From an uncultured Pelagibacteraceae bacterium (GTDB lineage: Bacteria; Pseudomonadota; Alphaproteobacteria; Pelagibacterales; Pelagibacteraceae): 64,000 bases of DNA. This document shows positions 22,850 through 33,566 of the stretch, piece by piece. A program made the position numbers and the translations under genes. The notes beneath the pieces were generated by a model, which saw nothing but the letters and a program-made list of their open reading frames with translations, searched no databases and had not been told where the DNA came from. The stretch's first letter is position 1; every line of letters starts with the position of its first letter. Location: the NCBI GenBank assembly GCA_902569975.1, contig CACFWD010000003.1, forward strand, positions 5,596 through 69,595, given 5' to 3'.

Positions 22850-23389
22850 ATGTCTAAAATAGGAAAAATAAATATTACAATACCTGAAAAAGTTAAAGTA
22901 GTTTTAGCTGGAAATATGCTAAATATAGAGGGTCCACTTGGAAAAAAATCTTTAGATATTGATTTAGATATTTTTAATCTTGAAATTAAAGAAGGTAAAG
23001 AAATATCGATTAAACCAAAAAAAATTGATCAAAATACAAAAAGACTTTGGGGAATGAAAAGAAGTTTAATTAACAATGCTGTGATTGGTTCTAGTTCTGG
23101 TTATGAAAAAACATTAGAACTAGTTGGCGTTGGTTATAGAGCAGCTTTAAAAGGTAAACAATTAAATTTACAACTTGGATATAGCCATGATATAAATTTT
23201 GATATACCTGAGGGTATTAAAATTACAGTAGAAAAACAAACAACTTTAAAAATTTCTGGCTCAGATAAGCAATTAGTTGGTGTGGTTGTATCAAAAATAA
23301 AAACATTTAGAAAAATTGAGCCTTATAAAGGTAAAGGTGTTAGAGAAAAAGGACAATATGTTCTTAAAAAAGAGGGAAAGAAAAAATAA
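22850..23389 (+). CDS. rplF: 50S ribosomal protein L6
   Basis: GVGYRA, LGYSH, EPYKGKG. Confidence 0.98.
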   Translation: MSKIGKINITIPEKVKVVLAGNMLNIEGPLGKKSLDIDLDIFNLEIKEGKEISIKPKKIDQNTKRLWGMKRSLINNAVIGSSSGYEKTLELVGVGYRAALKGKQLNLQLGYSHDINFDIPEGIKITVEKQTTLKISGSDKQLVGVVVSKIKTFRKIEPYKGKGVREKGQYVLKKEGKKK

Positions 23390-23745
23390 TGAAATTAACA
23401 ACGGGTATTAGAAAACGTTTTAGAGTAAGCAATAAAGTGAAAAGATTCGCGCCTAAGGACAGATTTAGATTGAGTCTTTTTAGATCAGCAAGAAATATTT
23501 CTGCTCAAATAATTGATGATAGTAAAAAAACCACATTATTATCTGCTTCCTCTATTGAAAAAGATATTAAATCTCAATCTAAAGTAAACAAAATTGAACA
23601 ATCAAAAATTGTAGCAGAAAAATTAGCTAAAAAGGCGCAAGAAAAAAAAATAACCAAGATATTTTTTGATCGTGGAATTTATAAATATCATGGTCGTGTA
23701 AAAGTATTTGCAGAAACCCTGCGTAAACATGGAATGGATTTTTAA
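23389..23745 (+). CDS. rplR: 50S ribosomal protein L18
   Basis: [25 protein letters not shown]. Confidence 0.98.
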   Translation: MKLTTGIRKRFRVSNKVKRFAPKDRFRLSLFRSARNISAQIIDDSKKTTLLSASSIEKDIKSQSKVNKIEQSKIVAEKLAKKAQEKKITKIFFDRGIYKYHGRVKVFAETLRKHGMDF

Positions 23746-23747
23746 TT

Positions 23748-24263
23748 ATGGAAAATAGTAAGGATAAAAAAACTGACGATATTTTGGAAAAACTAGTTCA
23801 CATTAATAGAATTACTAAGGTTGTAAAAGGTGGACGAAGATTTGGATTTTCAGCGTTAGTTGTTGTAGGTAATCAAGCCGGTAGAATAGGAATTGCTCAT
23901 GCTAAAGCAAAACAAGTCCCTGATGCAATCAAAAAAGCCAATGAAATGGCAAGAAGAAAACTTATTCATATTCCATTAAGAGAAGGAAGAACAATTCATC
24001 ATGATGTTAAAGCAAAAGATGGTTCTGGTAGAATTGTTTTAAGAGCTGCATCAAAAGGAACTGGTATAATCGCAGGTGGACCAGTAAGAGCTGTTTGTGA
24101 AGTTTTAGGTGTAAGAGATATTGTAGCTAAATCCATGGGTACATCTAATGCCCACAACGTCATAAGGGCTACCATTAAAGCTCTGATGAAACAAAATTCT
24201 CCTAAACAAATTTCAGCAATAAGAAATAAAAAAATATCAGAAATAATCGAAAAAAGAGGATAA
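23748..24263 (+). CDS. rpsE: 30S ribosomal protein S5
   Basis: KVVKGGRRF, GTGIIAGG. Confidence 0.98.
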   Translation: MENSKDKKTDDILEKLVHINRITKVVKGGRRFGFSALVVVGNQAGRIGIAHAKAKQVPDAIKKANEMARRKLIHIPLREGRTIHHDVKAKDGSGRIVLRAASKGTGIIAGGPVRAVCEVLGVRDIVAKSMGTSNAHNVIRATIKALMKQNSPKQISAIRNKKISEIIEKRG

Positions 24264-24718
24264 TGGCAACACAATTAAATAACAGAGAAAAAATCAATAA
24301 ACCAAAAATTAGAGTTGGAAGAGGTATTGGTTCTGGTAAAGGAAAAACTTCTGGCAGAGGTGTTAAAGGCCAAAAATCAAGATCAGGAGTTGCAATAAAA
24401 AGTTTTGAAGGTGGTCAAATGCCATTATATAGACGATTACCGAAAAGAGGGTTTAATCCTATTTCATCAGAAAAAATAGCGATTATAAACTTGGAAAAGA
24501 TACAATCTTTTATTGATAAAAAAACAATTAATATTGAAGAAATCTTAAATACTGAATTATTAAAAAAACTAAAAATAATAAATAAAAATTCAACAAAATT
24601 AAAAATTTTAGGCACTGGAGAAATTAAAGACAAGGTGAACATTCAAGCAAACTTAGCATCAAAATCTGCTGTAGAAAAACTTGAAAAAATTGGTGGATCA
24701 ATTCAATTAATAAAATAA
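24263..24718 (+). CDS. rplO: 50S ribosomal protein L15
   Basis: RVGRGIGSGKGKT, FEGGQMPLYRRLPKRGF. Confidence 0.98.
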   Translation: MATQLNNREKINKPKIRVGRGIGSGKGKTSGRGVKGQKSRSGVAIKSFEGGQMPLYRRLPKRGFNPISSEKIAIINLEKIQSFIDKKTINIEEILNTELLKKLKIINKNSTKLKILGTGEIKDKVNIQANLASKSAVEKLEKIGGSIQLIK

Positions 24719-24728
24719 ATCATTTACT

Positions 24729-26009
24729 ATGAGCGCCTCATCTTCTTCAAATGATTTAAGAAATAGAATACTTTTTACAATAGGTATTTTAGCTGTTTAT
24801 AGATTTGGAACATTTGTTCCTTTGCCTGGTATAGATCCTGAACAACTTAAGACATTAATGGATAGTAACCAAAAGGGTTTACTAGGTATGTTTAATGTGT
24901 TTGCTGGGGGAGCAGTAAGCAGAATGGCTATTTTTGCATTAGGAATAATGCCATATATATCATCAGCTATTATTGTACAGTTATTAACTGGCGTATCTGA
25001 TTATTTCAAAAACTTAAAAGCTCAAGGTGAAACAGGTAGAGCAAAAATAACGCAAATTACAAGATATGGGACAGTTTTATTGGCAACTGTTCAGGGCTAT
25101 GGTTTATCAGTAGGTTTAGAATCATCTGCTGACTTAGTTATCAACCCAGGTTTGTTTTTTAAAATTTCAACAGTCACTACAATCGTGGCAGGTACTATTT
25201 TTTTAATGTGGCTTGGTGAACAAATTACTCAAAGAGGTATTGGGAATGGTATATCTTTGATTATTTTTGCTGGAATTGTTGCTGAGATACCTAGAGCATT
25301 AGTTACTACATTTGAATTAGGAAGAACAGGTGCTGTTTCTACGATAATGATTTTAGCTATCTTTATCTTACTAGTTTTAACTATTCTTTTTGTTGTATTT
25401 ATGGAAAGAGCTCTTAGAAAAATCTTAATAAACTATCCAAAAAGACAAATGGGAAATAAAATGTATGGAGGAGAGTCTTCACACTTACCTCTAAAAATTA
25501 ATCAAGCAGGAGTTATACCAGCTATTTTTGCTTCAGCTTTGTTATTATTGCCAGTTACGTTTTCAAATTTTAACTTTTCCGATAATGAAACTTTTTTGAA
25601 TTTAAGTTCGTATTTCACTCAAGGCCAACCTCTTTATATGTTGCTTTATGCCTCAGGTATAATTTTTTTTACTTTTTTTTACACATCAATTACTTTCAAT
25701 CCTACAGAAACTGCTGATAACTTAAGAAAATATGGTGGGTTTATTCCTGGTATAAGGCCAGGTGAAAGTACGGCCATATATATTGAAAACATTTTAACAA
25801 GATTAACAACTATTGGGGCATTATACTTAACTCTTGTTTGTCTAATGCCTGAATTTTTAATTGCAAATTATCCTATACCTTTTTATTTAGGTGGTGCATC
25901 AATTCTTATTGTTGTTGTAGTTGCTATTGATACTGTAACACAAATACAAACTAGACTTATGAGTGCTCAATACGAACAATTAATTAAGAAAACTAAATTT
26001 GGAAGATAA
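24729..26009 (+). CDS. secY: Preprotein translocase subunit SecY
   Basis: LGIMPYISS, GIGNGISLIIF, FIPGIRPG; about 10 TM helices. Confidence 0.99.
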   Translation: MSASSSSNDLRNRILFTIGILAVYRFGTFVPLPGIDPEQLKTLMDSNQKGLLGMFNVFAGGAVSRMAIFALGIMPYISSAIIVQLLTGVSDYFKNLKAQGETGRAKITQITRYGTVLLATVQGYGLSVGLESSADLVINPGLFFKISTVTTIVAGTIFLMWLGEQITQRGIGNGISLIIFAGIVAEIPRALVTTFELGRTGAVSTIMILAIFILLVLTILFVVFMERALRKILINYPKRQMGNKMYGGESSHLPLKINQAGVIPAIFASALLLLPVTFSNFNFSDNETFLNLSSYFTQGQPLYMLLYASGIIFFTFFYTSITFNPTETADNLRKYGGFIPGIRPGESTAIYIENILTRLTTIGALYLTLVCLMPEFLIANYPIPFYLGGASILIVVVVAIDTVTQIQTRLMSAQYEQLIKKTKFGR

Positions 26010-26014
26010 CTTTA

Positions 26015-26578
26015 GTGAATATAATTCTTTTTGGACCACCTGGGGCTGGCAAAGGAACACAGGCCAAATATCTTGTAAATAAAATAGGTGGATTTCAAAT
26101 ATCAACAGGCGATATTTTGAGAGATGAAATTAAAAAAGATACTGATATTGGAAAAATGATAATCAACGATATGAATGACGGAAAATTTGTAAGTGATGAA
26201 ATTGTTAACAAACTTATAAAAGTATTGATAATTGACCCTCAAAAAAAAAATAAGTTGATTTTTGATGGATACCCAAGATCATTAAGTCAGGCTAAAGATT
26301 TAATGTCATTATTAGCAGAGTCTAATCAGAAAATAGATTTGATTTTTTTTCTTAATGTAAATAAAGAAACAATAATAAAAAGAGTTGAAAAAAGAAAAAA
26401 TATCGAAAATCGATCTGATGATGACTTAAATACTATACTCAAGAGGTATGATACATATATGAAGACTACAAGACCTGTATTAGATTTCTTTTCAAAAAAT
26501 CAAAATTTTCATGAGATAGACGGAACTCTTGAAATTCAAGAAATAACTAGAAAAATGGACACTTTTATCAATGTTTAA
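26015..26578 (+). CDS. adk: Adenylate kinase (short-LID type)
   Basis: GPPGAGKGTQ, STGDILR, FDGYPR, RSDD. Confidence 0.97.
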   Translation: MNIILFGPPGAGKGTQAKYLVNKIGGFQISTGDILRDEIKKDTDIGKMIINDMNDGKFVSDEIVNKLIKVLIIDPQKKNKLIFDGYPRSLSQAKDLMSLLAESNQKIDLIFFLNVNKETIIKRVEKRKNIENRSDDDLNTILKRYDTYMKTTRPVLDFFSKNQNFHEIDGTLEIQEITRKMDTFINV

Positions 26579-26582
26579 GACG

Positions 26583-26610
26583 TTGACTTTAAAAGAACTT
26601 CTTATATAAA
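26583..26610 (+). promoter_or_regulatory. Putative sigma70 promoter of the alpha operon
   Basis: TTGACT-N16-TATAAA followed by AGGCAC. Confidence 0.6.
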
Positions 26611-26633
26611 AGGCACAAATTATCACAATTTTT

Positions 26634-27017
26634 ATGGCTCGGATTGCAGGTATTAACATTCCACAAAATAAACTTGTTCACATAGGTTTAACATATATCT
26701 ATGGGATTGGTGACAAATTCTCAAAACAAATTTGCTCCTCATTAGAAATATCAAAAAAAAAAAGAGTCAATGAGTTAACCGATGATGAAATTTTAAAAAT
26801 CAGAGAATATATAGACCAAAATTTTAAAGTTGAGGGTGATCTCCGAAGAGATTATTCACTTAGTATCAAAAGACTTATTGATTTAGCTTGTTATAGAGGA
26901 TCTAGACATAGAAAAAAATTACCAGTAAGAGGTCAAAGAACAAGATGTAATGCCCGAACAAGAAAGGGTAAAGCTATTGCAATTGCCGGAAAAAAATTAA
27001 CACCAACTAAAAAATAA
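26634..27017 (+). CDS. rpsM: 30S ribosomal protein S13
   Basis: [19 protein letters not shown]. Confidence 0.99.
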   Translation: MARIAGINIPQNKLVHIGLTYIYGIGDKFSKQICSSLEISKKKRVNELTDDEILKIREYIDQNFKVEGDLRRDYSLSIKRLIDLACYRGSRHRKKLPVRGQRTRCNARTRKGKAIAIAGKKLTPTKK

Positions 27018-27019
27018 AA

Positions 27020-27469
27020 ATGGCAAAAACAGAAAAAGTAGAGAATAAAGATCAAAAAGTAGAGAAGTCTTTAAAAAAATCCAATAAAAGTTCTTATTCA
27101 AAAAAAAAGAAAACTAAAAAAAATATTTTAAATGGCATAGCTTATGTTCAATCGACTTTTAATAATACAATAATCTCGATAGCTGATACTAATGGAAATG
27201 TGATTTCGTGGGCATCAGCAGGTCAAAAAGGTTTTAAAGGTTCAAGAAAATCAACACCTTATGCTGCACAAATTGCTGCTGACGCTGCAGCATCAAAAGC
27301 TTTAGACTATGGTATGAAAACTTTATCTGTTGAAGTTAAAGGTCCTGGTTCAGGAAGAGAGACAGCTTTGAGAGCATTACAAGCAAGAGGTTTTAAAATT
27401 TTATCTATAAAAGATACAACCCCTATGCCACATAATGGGACACGACCACCAAAAAAAAGGAGAGTTTAA
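27020..27469 (+). CDS. rpsK: 30S ribosomal protein S11 (N-terminally extended)
   Basis: [27 protein letters not shown]. Confidence 0.98.
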   Translation: MAKTEKVENKDQKVEKSLKKSNKSSYSKKKKTKKNILNGIAYVQSTFNNTIISIADTNGNVISWASAGQKGFKGSRKSTPYAAQIAADAAASKALDYGMKTLSVEVKGPGSGRETALRALQARGFKILSIKDTTPMPHNGTRPPKKRRV

Positions 27470-28497
27470 TGGAAACGGAAAATGTTAATATTAAAAATTG
27501 GAAATCATTAATTAAACCTACAAAATTAGATGTGAAAATGAGTGAAGACCTTACCCAAGCAAAGATAATTGCGGAGCCTCTAGAAAAAGGTTATGGACTC
27601 ACACTAGGTAATTCTTTGAGAAGAATATTACTTTCTTCCATTCGTGGTGCAGCAGTAACATCAATTCAAATAGATGGGGTTTTACATGAATTTACATCAA
27701 TAAAAGGTGTTAGAGAAGATGTTACAGATATTGTATTAAATGTGAAGTCTTTAGCTTTGAAATGTTCTTCAGAGGGATCAAAAAAATTAATTTTGGATAC
27801 AAAAGGTCCAGGCGAGATTAAAGCATCAGATATTTCTCCTGTAAACGATGTTGAGATACTAAATCCAGATTTAGTTATTTGTAATTTAGATGAAAATACA
27901 AATTTTCATATGGAAATGAATGTTAACACTGGAAAAGGTTATGTTCCTGCTGAATTGAATAAGCCAGAAGAACCACCATTAGGATTAATTGCAATAGATT
28001 CTTTGTACAGTCCTGTGAAAAAAGTTTCGTATTCAGTAAGTACTGCTAGAGAAGGTAAAGCTCTAGACTATGATAAATTAACTATGGAAGTTGAAACAAA
28101 TGGTTCAATTTCAGCTGAAGATGCTGTTGCATATTCAGCAAGAATTTTTCAAGATCAACTTAAGATGTTCATCAATTTTGATGAACCTGTTGAAGCTCCG
28201 GTAAAAGAAGTTTCGACAGAACCAGAATTTAATAAAAATTTGTTAAGAAAAGTAGATGAATTAGAATTATCAGTTCGATCAATGAACTGTCTAAAAAATG
28301 ATAATATTATTTATATTGGCGATCTTGTACAAAAATCAGAGGGAGAAATGTTGAGAACGCCAAATTTTGGTAGAAAATCTCTAAATGAAATTAAAGAAGT
28401 TTTAACTGGTATGTCTTTATATTTAGGAATGGAAATTCCAAATTGGCCTCCTGATAATATTGCAGAAATGTCTAAAAAGCTGGAGGAGGCTATCTAA
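27469..28497 (+). CDS. rpoA: RNA polymerase subunit alpha
   Basis: [40 protein letters not shown]. Confidence 0.99.
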   Translation: METENVNIKNWKSLIKPTKLDVKMSEDLTQAKIIAEPLEKGYGLTLGNSLRRILLSSIRGAAVTSIQIDGVLHEFTSIKGVREDVTDIVLNVKSLALKCSSEGSKKLILDTKGPGEIKASDISPVNDVEILNPDLVICNLDENTNFHMEMNVNTGKGYVPAELNKPEEPPLGLIAIDSLYSPVKKVSYSVSTAREGKALDYDKLTMEVETNGSISAEDAVAYSARIFQDQLKMFINFDEPVEAPVKEVSTEPEFNKNLLRKVDELELSVRSMNCLKNDNIIYIGDLVQKSEGEMLRTPNFGRKSLNEIKEVLTGMSLYLGMEIPNWPPDNIAEMSKKLEEAI

Positions 28498-28940
28498 TGA
28501 GACATGGAATGGCAAATAAAAAGTTAAATAGAACATCTGAACATCGTAAAGCTTTATTGAAAAATATGCTTAATTCTTTAATAAAATACGAGCAGATCAA
28601 GACAACTTTGCCAAAAGCGAAATTTTTAAAACCACAAGCAGACAAGATTATTACACTAGGAAAAAAAGAAACACTTCAAACAACTAAGATTTTAGTTTCA
28701 AAATTACAAGATGTAAAAGCAGCAAACAAAGTAAAAAAAACTCTTTCAAAAAGATATGAAAAAAGAAAGGGTGGATATACAAGAATAATTAAAGCTGGTT
28801 TTAGATATGGAGACAATGCTCCAATGGCAATAATTGAATTTGTTGATAGAGACATTGAAGCTAAGAGAGTTGATAAACCAAAAAAAGATACAACTAAAGA
28901 ATCTCCTAAAACGGAAGAGAAAAAACAAGCTACAGCTTAA
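28497..28940 (+). CDS. rplQ: 50S ribosomal protein L17
   Basis: MRH, IKTTLPKAK, GGYTRI, GDNAPMA. Confidence 0.98.
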   Translation: MRHGMANKKLNRTSEHRKALLKNMLNSLIKYEQIKTTLPKAKFLKPQADKIITLGKKETLQTTKILVSKLQDVKAANKVKKTLSKRYEKRKGGYTRIIKAGFRYGDNAPMAIIEFVDRDIEAKRVDKPKKDTTKESPKTEEKKQATA

Positions 28941-28950
28941 ATCTTAAATC

Positions 28951-29868
28951 ATGAAGAAATCTTACATCGTTGATTCAACGTGTAATGATATGCGTTTGGA
29001 CAGATGGTTAAGATTAAAAATTGGTAAAATTCCACAAGGACTTGTTGAAAAATATTTAAGAACAGGAAAAATAAAGTTAAATAGAAAGAAAGTTAAAAGC
29101 TCTTTTAAAGTAAAAACGAAAGATGAAATAAATATATTTAACATTGAATTTAAAGAAATAATTCAACAAAAAAAAATTAAGTTTTTACCATCAAAAGAAA
29201 TTATAAAATCAAATGAAGATCAAATTATTGATAACAATGACAATTTTGTTGTTATAAACAAAGCATCAGGCATATCAGTGCAAGGTGGAACTAAATCAAA
29301 AAAAAATCTAGTTGATATTTTTGCTAAAAGTGAAATTTTTGAGGGAACAAAACCATATTCTGTTCATAGATTGGATAAAGATACTTCTGGAGTTTTTATT
29401 ATGGCCAAAAACAGAGAGAGCGCTCAATTGCTTACTTCTTTATTTAGACTAAGAAAGATACACAAAACTTATTTAGCTATCTGCCATGGGGATATTAATA
29501 AAAAATCAGGCGTATGGGATGATAATTTAATTAGGTACGATGGTGATAAAAAAATAATTGAAAAAGCAAAAACAATTTTTACAGTTATTGATAAAAATTC
29601 TGAAGCAAGTTTATTAGAATTAAAACCTATTACTGGACGAAAACATCAGTTAAGAAAACAATTATATGCAATTGGAAATCCTATATTTGGGGATACAAAA
29701 TATAAATTATCAAATTCTAATAAAGGAATTAATAAAAATTTAATGTTACATTCGTATCAAATTAAATTTAAAATTAATGATATAAAACATACTTATTCAG
29801 CATTGTTACCTGATTATTTTAAAAAACTTTTAAAATCTAAAAGACTTAGATTTTCAAATTTGAAATAA
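28951..29868 (+). CDS. rluC: RluA/RluC-family pseudouridine synthase
   Basis: N-terminal S4 domain (RLDRW), HRLDKDTSG catalytic motif, TGRKHQLR. Confidence 0.88.
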   Translation: MKKSYIVDSTCNDMRLDRWLRLKIGKIPQGLVEKYLRTGKIKLNRKKVKSSFKVKTKDEINIFNIEFKEIIQQKKIKFLPSKEIIKSNEDQIIDNNDNFVVINKASGISVQGGTKSKKNLVDIFAKSEIFEGTKPYSVHRLDKDTSGVFIMAKNRESAQLLTSLFRLRKIHKTYLAICHGDINKKSGVWDDNLIRYDGDKKIIEKAKTIFTVIDKNSEASLLELKPITGRKHQLRKQLYAIGNPIFGDTKYKLSNSNKGINKNLMLHSYQIKFKINDIKHTYSALLPDYFKKLLKSKRLRFSNLK

Positions 29869-30463
29869 AATTTTTAACTAATATATCACTAAAATTTGAA
29901 TAGTCCTGATCTAAAATATTTTTTAAATTAGTTACCCCTTTATCTGAAATTCCACACGGTATAATTTTTTTATAATTTTCTAGATCATTATTTATATTTA
30001 TTGCAAAACCATGATAGGCAATCCATTTGCTAACTCTGATACCTATAGCAGCAATTTTTTTAACTTCATTATTATATTTATGCCATATACCGATATTATC
30101 TTTATCTGGAAAAGTTTCTATTTTATAAAATTTTAAAGTTTGAATTATTGTTTTTTCGATAATTGTTATAAATTTTCTGATATCCTTTTTTTTCCTTAAA
30201 TCTAAAACAAAATAACAAATTAATTGACCTGGCCCATGGTAAGTAATTTTACCACCTCTATTTGTGTTTAAAATTTTAATGGATTTATCAATAATCTCAT
30301 TTTCTTTATAAGAAGTACCTGCAGTAAAAATTTCATTATGCTCCAAAGTCCAAATTAATTCTTGCTCATTATTTTCATATAAATCCTTTAATCTTGACTC
30401 CATTATATTAATAGCATCAAAATAATTTACTGGTTTTATTGACTTTTTGATCTCTATGTTCAT
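29846..30463 (-). CDS. lipB: Lipoyl(octanoyl) transferase
   Basis: [31 protein letters not shown]. Confidence 0.96.
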   Translation of the reverse strand: MNIEIKKSIKPVNYFDAINIMESRLKDLYENNEQELIWTLEHNEIFTAGTSYKENEIIDKSIKILNTNRGGKITYHGPGQLICYFVLDLRKKKDIRKFITIIEKTIIQTLKFYKIETFPDKDNIGIWHKYNNEVKKIAAIGIRVSKWIAYHGFAININNDLENYKKIIPCGISDKGVTNLKNILDQDYSNFSDILVKNFISNLKI

Positions 30464-30524
30464 TTATAATTTGTATTATCTTCATTATGTATTAATAGTG
30501 CAAATCTAAATTATAGGTAGATTT

Positions 30525-31898
30525 ATGTCTTTAACTAAAAAGAATAAAGATAAAAAGGTAAATTTTGAATTTAATAAAGAATATATAAGAGTTGTTACTA
30601 GTAAAATAGCTAACAATGATGCCCAATTTATTACTAATTCATTTAACGAAATGCACCCTGCTGATGCCGCAGATATTATTGAGCATCTTAGTGAAAATAA
30701 TAGAGAAAGTTTAATTAAATTAAATAACTTTAAATTAGATCCAGAGGTCTTTGTTGAATTGAATGAATCTATTCAATCTGAAATCATAACTTATCTTTCT
30801 TCTGAGTCTATCGTAGGTATTTTGAAAGGATTAGAGTCTGATGATGCTATTTCAATATTAGAAAATGTTCCAGAGGAGGATAAAAATTCAATTCTCAGCT
30901 CTTTACCCCCAAAAGATCGTTTTGCTTTATTAGAAAGTTTAAGCTATCCAGAAGACACTGCAGCAAGACTAATGCAGCGGGAGTTTACAGCAATACCAAG
31001 CAACTGGTCAGTAGGACAGACCATTGATTATTTGAGAGAAAATAAAGATTTACCAGAAGAGTTTTTAGAAATATTTATTGTTGATGAGCATTTTAAACCA
31101 GTTGGCACTGTACCATCATCTAAAGTTTTAACTACCCCTCGTGATACAAAAATGGCAACAATTATGTCGGAGTCTCAATTATTAATTCCTGTCGACATGG
31201 ATAAGGAGGAAGTAGCTAATTTATTTGAAAATTATAATCTTAATTCTGCAGCTGTTGTTGATAAAAATAACAAATTAGTTGGAATGATAATGAACGATGA
31301 CGTTTTGACAGTTTTAAAAGAGGAGGCAGAAGAAGATGCATTAAGATTAGCAGGTGTAGGAGATGAAGAAATTACTGATGGTGTTGTTAAAAAGACCAAA
31401 AGAAGATTTAATTGGCTTTTACTAAATTTGTTCACAGCTTTTTTGGCAACTTGGTGCATTAGCTTATTTGGTGCAACTATTGAACAAATGGTGGTCTTAG
31501 CATTCTTAATGCCTATTGTTGCCTCGATGGGAGGGAATGCTGGAATGCAAACTTTGGCAGTTGCGGTGAGAACTATAGCAACAAATGATCTAACTCAAAA
31601 TAATTTTTCATCTAATGTATTTAAAGAATTTTCTATTGGTATTTTGAATGGAATTATTTTTGCTATAATAAGTGCTTTCATTGTTCAGATTTGGTTTCAA
31701 GATAGTATTCTTTCAATTATCATTGCTATATCAATGGTACTTACAATGATTATTGCGGGATTATTTGGTATTTTAGTTCCTTTTACATTAAAAAAAATGA
31801 ATATCGATCCAGCTATTGCTTCAAGTGTTTTTGTTACCACGATAACAGATGTAATCGGTTTTGTTTCTTTTTTAGGTGTTGGAGCTTATTTTTTATAG
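30525..31898 (+). CDS. mgtE: Magnesium transporter MgtE
   Basis: HPADAAD N-domain, CBS pair, MGGNAGMQ, DPAIAS, TTITDV. Confidence 0.97.
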   Translation: MSLTKKNKDKKVNFEFNKEYIRVVTSKIANNDAQFITNSFNEMHPADAADIIEHLSENNRESLIKLNNFKLDPEVFVELNESIQSEIITYLSSESIVGILKGLESDDAISILENVPEEDKNSILSSLPPKDRFALLESLSYPEDTAARLMQREFTAIPSNWSVGQTIDYLRENKDLPEEFLEIFIVDEHFKPVGTVPSSKVLTTPRDTKMATIMSESQLLIPVDMDKEEVANLFENYNLNSAAVVDKNNKLVGMIMNDDVLTVLKEEAEEDALRLAGVGDEEITDGVVKKTKRRFNWLLLNLFTAFLATWCISLFGATIEQMVVLAFLMPIVASMGGNAGMQTLAVAVRTIATNDLTQNNFSSNVFKEFSIGILNGIIFAIISAFIVQIWFQDSILSIIIAISMVLTMIIAGLFGILVPFTLKKMNIDPAIASSVFVTTITDVIGFVSFLGVGAYFL

Positions 31899-31900
31899 AA

Positions 31901-32716
31901 TTAAAGATTATCAATTAATCTGACATTATTAAGGTAGTAAGCGATAAATAATCTTGAATTATTTTTTGTTTTTGAAATTTTGAGATTTTTTATATTTCTT
32001 AATTCTAAGTAATCAATTTTAATTTTTAAACTCATTTCTAATTTTTTTTTAGAATACATCAAATAATCAGATATATCTTTTTTGTTGTTAATCTTTTGTT
32101 TAATATTTTTTAATTTTTTATATATTTTTCCTGCCAAGTTTAAACTAGATGAGTTTAATAAGAAGTTTCTAGATGATAGGGCAATTTTGTTTTTACCACG
32201 AATTGTTCGACAAGAAATAATCTTTGTTTTATATTTTTTTTTTAAGAAATTTTTTACTAAGTATAATTGTTGAAAATCTTTTTCCCCCATGAATATTTTA
32301 TCAGGATTTATAATTTTTGTTAATCTATTCATAACATCTAAGACACCCTCAAAATGACCTTTTCTAATTTTTGCACATAAAATTTTGTCCTTTTTATTTA
32401 TAGTAATTTTAGATTTCTTATTATCTTCATAAATATCATTGAATTTTGGAAGATATACAAAATCAACATTTTTAGATTTTTTTAAAATTTGTAAATCTTT
32501 TTTTATATTTCGTGGGTATGATTTTAAATCCTTTTTATTGTTAAATTGTTTAGGATTTAAAAAAATACTTACAATTGTTTTTTTACAAAGTTTTTTTGAT
32601 TTATTTATGAGTGATAAATGACCTTTATGTATTCCACCCATAGTAGGAACAAAGCCAAGGTCATTAAATGGCCTTAATGATTCAAATAATGATGTATTGT
32701 TTAGTAAAATTTTCAT
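31901..32716 (-). CDS. panC: Pantoate--beta-alanine ligase
   Basis: GFVPTMGGIHKGH, NPKQF, GEKDFQQ, ALSSRN, RLIDN; start moved to ATG at 32716. Confidence 0.93.
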   Translation of the reverse strand: MKILLNNTSLFESLRPFNDLGFVPTMGGIHKGHLSLINKSKKLCKKTIVSIFLNPKQFNNKKDLKSYPRNIKKDLQILKKSKNVDFVYLPKFNDIYEDNKKSKITINKKDKILCAKIRKGHFEGVLDVMNRLTKIINPDKIFMGEKDFQQLYLVKNFLKKKYKTKIISCRTIRGKNKIALSSRNFLLNSSSLNLAGKIYKKLKNIKQKINNKKDISDYLMYSKKKLEMSLKIKIDYLELRNIKNLKISKTKNNSRLFIAYYLNNVRLIDNL

Positions 32717-32750
32717 TTGTATAAAAATATTTAATAAGTAAAACATTTAA

Positions 32751-33566
32751 ATGATTAAACAAGCAATTATTCCTTTAGCTGGACTTGGAACTAGGTTGTT
32801 ACCTTTAACCAGTGTTTTTGCCAAAGAGCTTCTGCCCATTAATGGAAGGCCTGGAATTGAATATATTCTTGATGAATGTATTGAAGCAGGTATTAAAGAA
32901 ATTGTATTTATTATCTCCACTAAAAAGATAATGATAAAAAAGTATTTTTATAGTGATCAGTTTTATAAAAATATTATAAAAAAAAAGAAAGATCCTAGAA
33001 TAATTAATGAATATAAAAAGATACTTAAATATAAAAATAAAATTAAGTTTGTATTTCAAAATATCCCAAAGGGAACAGGTGATGCAGTTCTTAAAACTCA
33101 AAAATACATTAAAAATAAATATTTTTTAATGTTATTACCTGATGATTTAATAATTAGAAAAAATTGTTCTAAGTCAATGATTAAGGTTCATAAAAAATAT
33201 CAAGCTTCAGTTATGGCATCAATGAAAGTAAAAAAAAACAATGTTTCAAGATGGGGCATATACAGAATTAATAAAAGATTAGATAAAAGAAATTATATTA
33301 TTGATGGTGTTGTTGAAAAGCCATCAGTAAAAAAAGCACCATCAAACAACGCTGTTATTGGGAGATATATATTGCCGCGAACAATTTTTAAAAAAATCAA
33401 ATCTCTTAAACCTGGTAAAGGTAAAGAGATACACATTACTGACGCAATACAGCTATTAATAAACGATAAAGAAAAATTTTTAGCTCATAATTTTGAAGGT
33501 AAGTACCTTGATTGTGGAACAATGATTGGCTATATCGACTCGTCAAAAGAGATAGGAAAAATATGA
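32751..33566 (+). CDS. galU: UTP--glucose-1-phosphate uridylyltransferase
   Basis: AGLGTRLLP, KELLP, LLPDDL, VEKP, EIHITDA; adjacent to ugd. Confidence 0.88.
   Translation: MIKQAIIPLAGLGTRLLPLTSVFAKELLPINGRPGIEYILDECIEAGIKEIVFIISTKKIMIKKYFYSDQFYKNIIKKKKDPRIINEYKKILKYKNKIKFVFQNIPKGTGDAVLKTQKYIKNKYFLMLLPDDLIIRKNCSKSMIKVHKKYQASVMASMKVKKNNVSRWGIYRINKRLDKRNYIIDGVVEKPSVKKAPSNNAVIGRYILPRTIFKKIKSLKPGKGKEIHITDAIQLLINDKEKFLAHNFEGKYLDCGTMIGYIDSSKEIGKI

Noticed and set aside
26009-27469. Absence of map, infA, rpmJ and rpsD from the secY-rpoA region
   Set aside because: This is the normal alphaproteobacterial arrangement, not a special loss.
30464-30524. Possible Mg2+ (M-box) riboswitch upstream of mgtE
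   Set aside because: Only 61 AT-rich nt shared with the divergent lipB; too short and unstructured.
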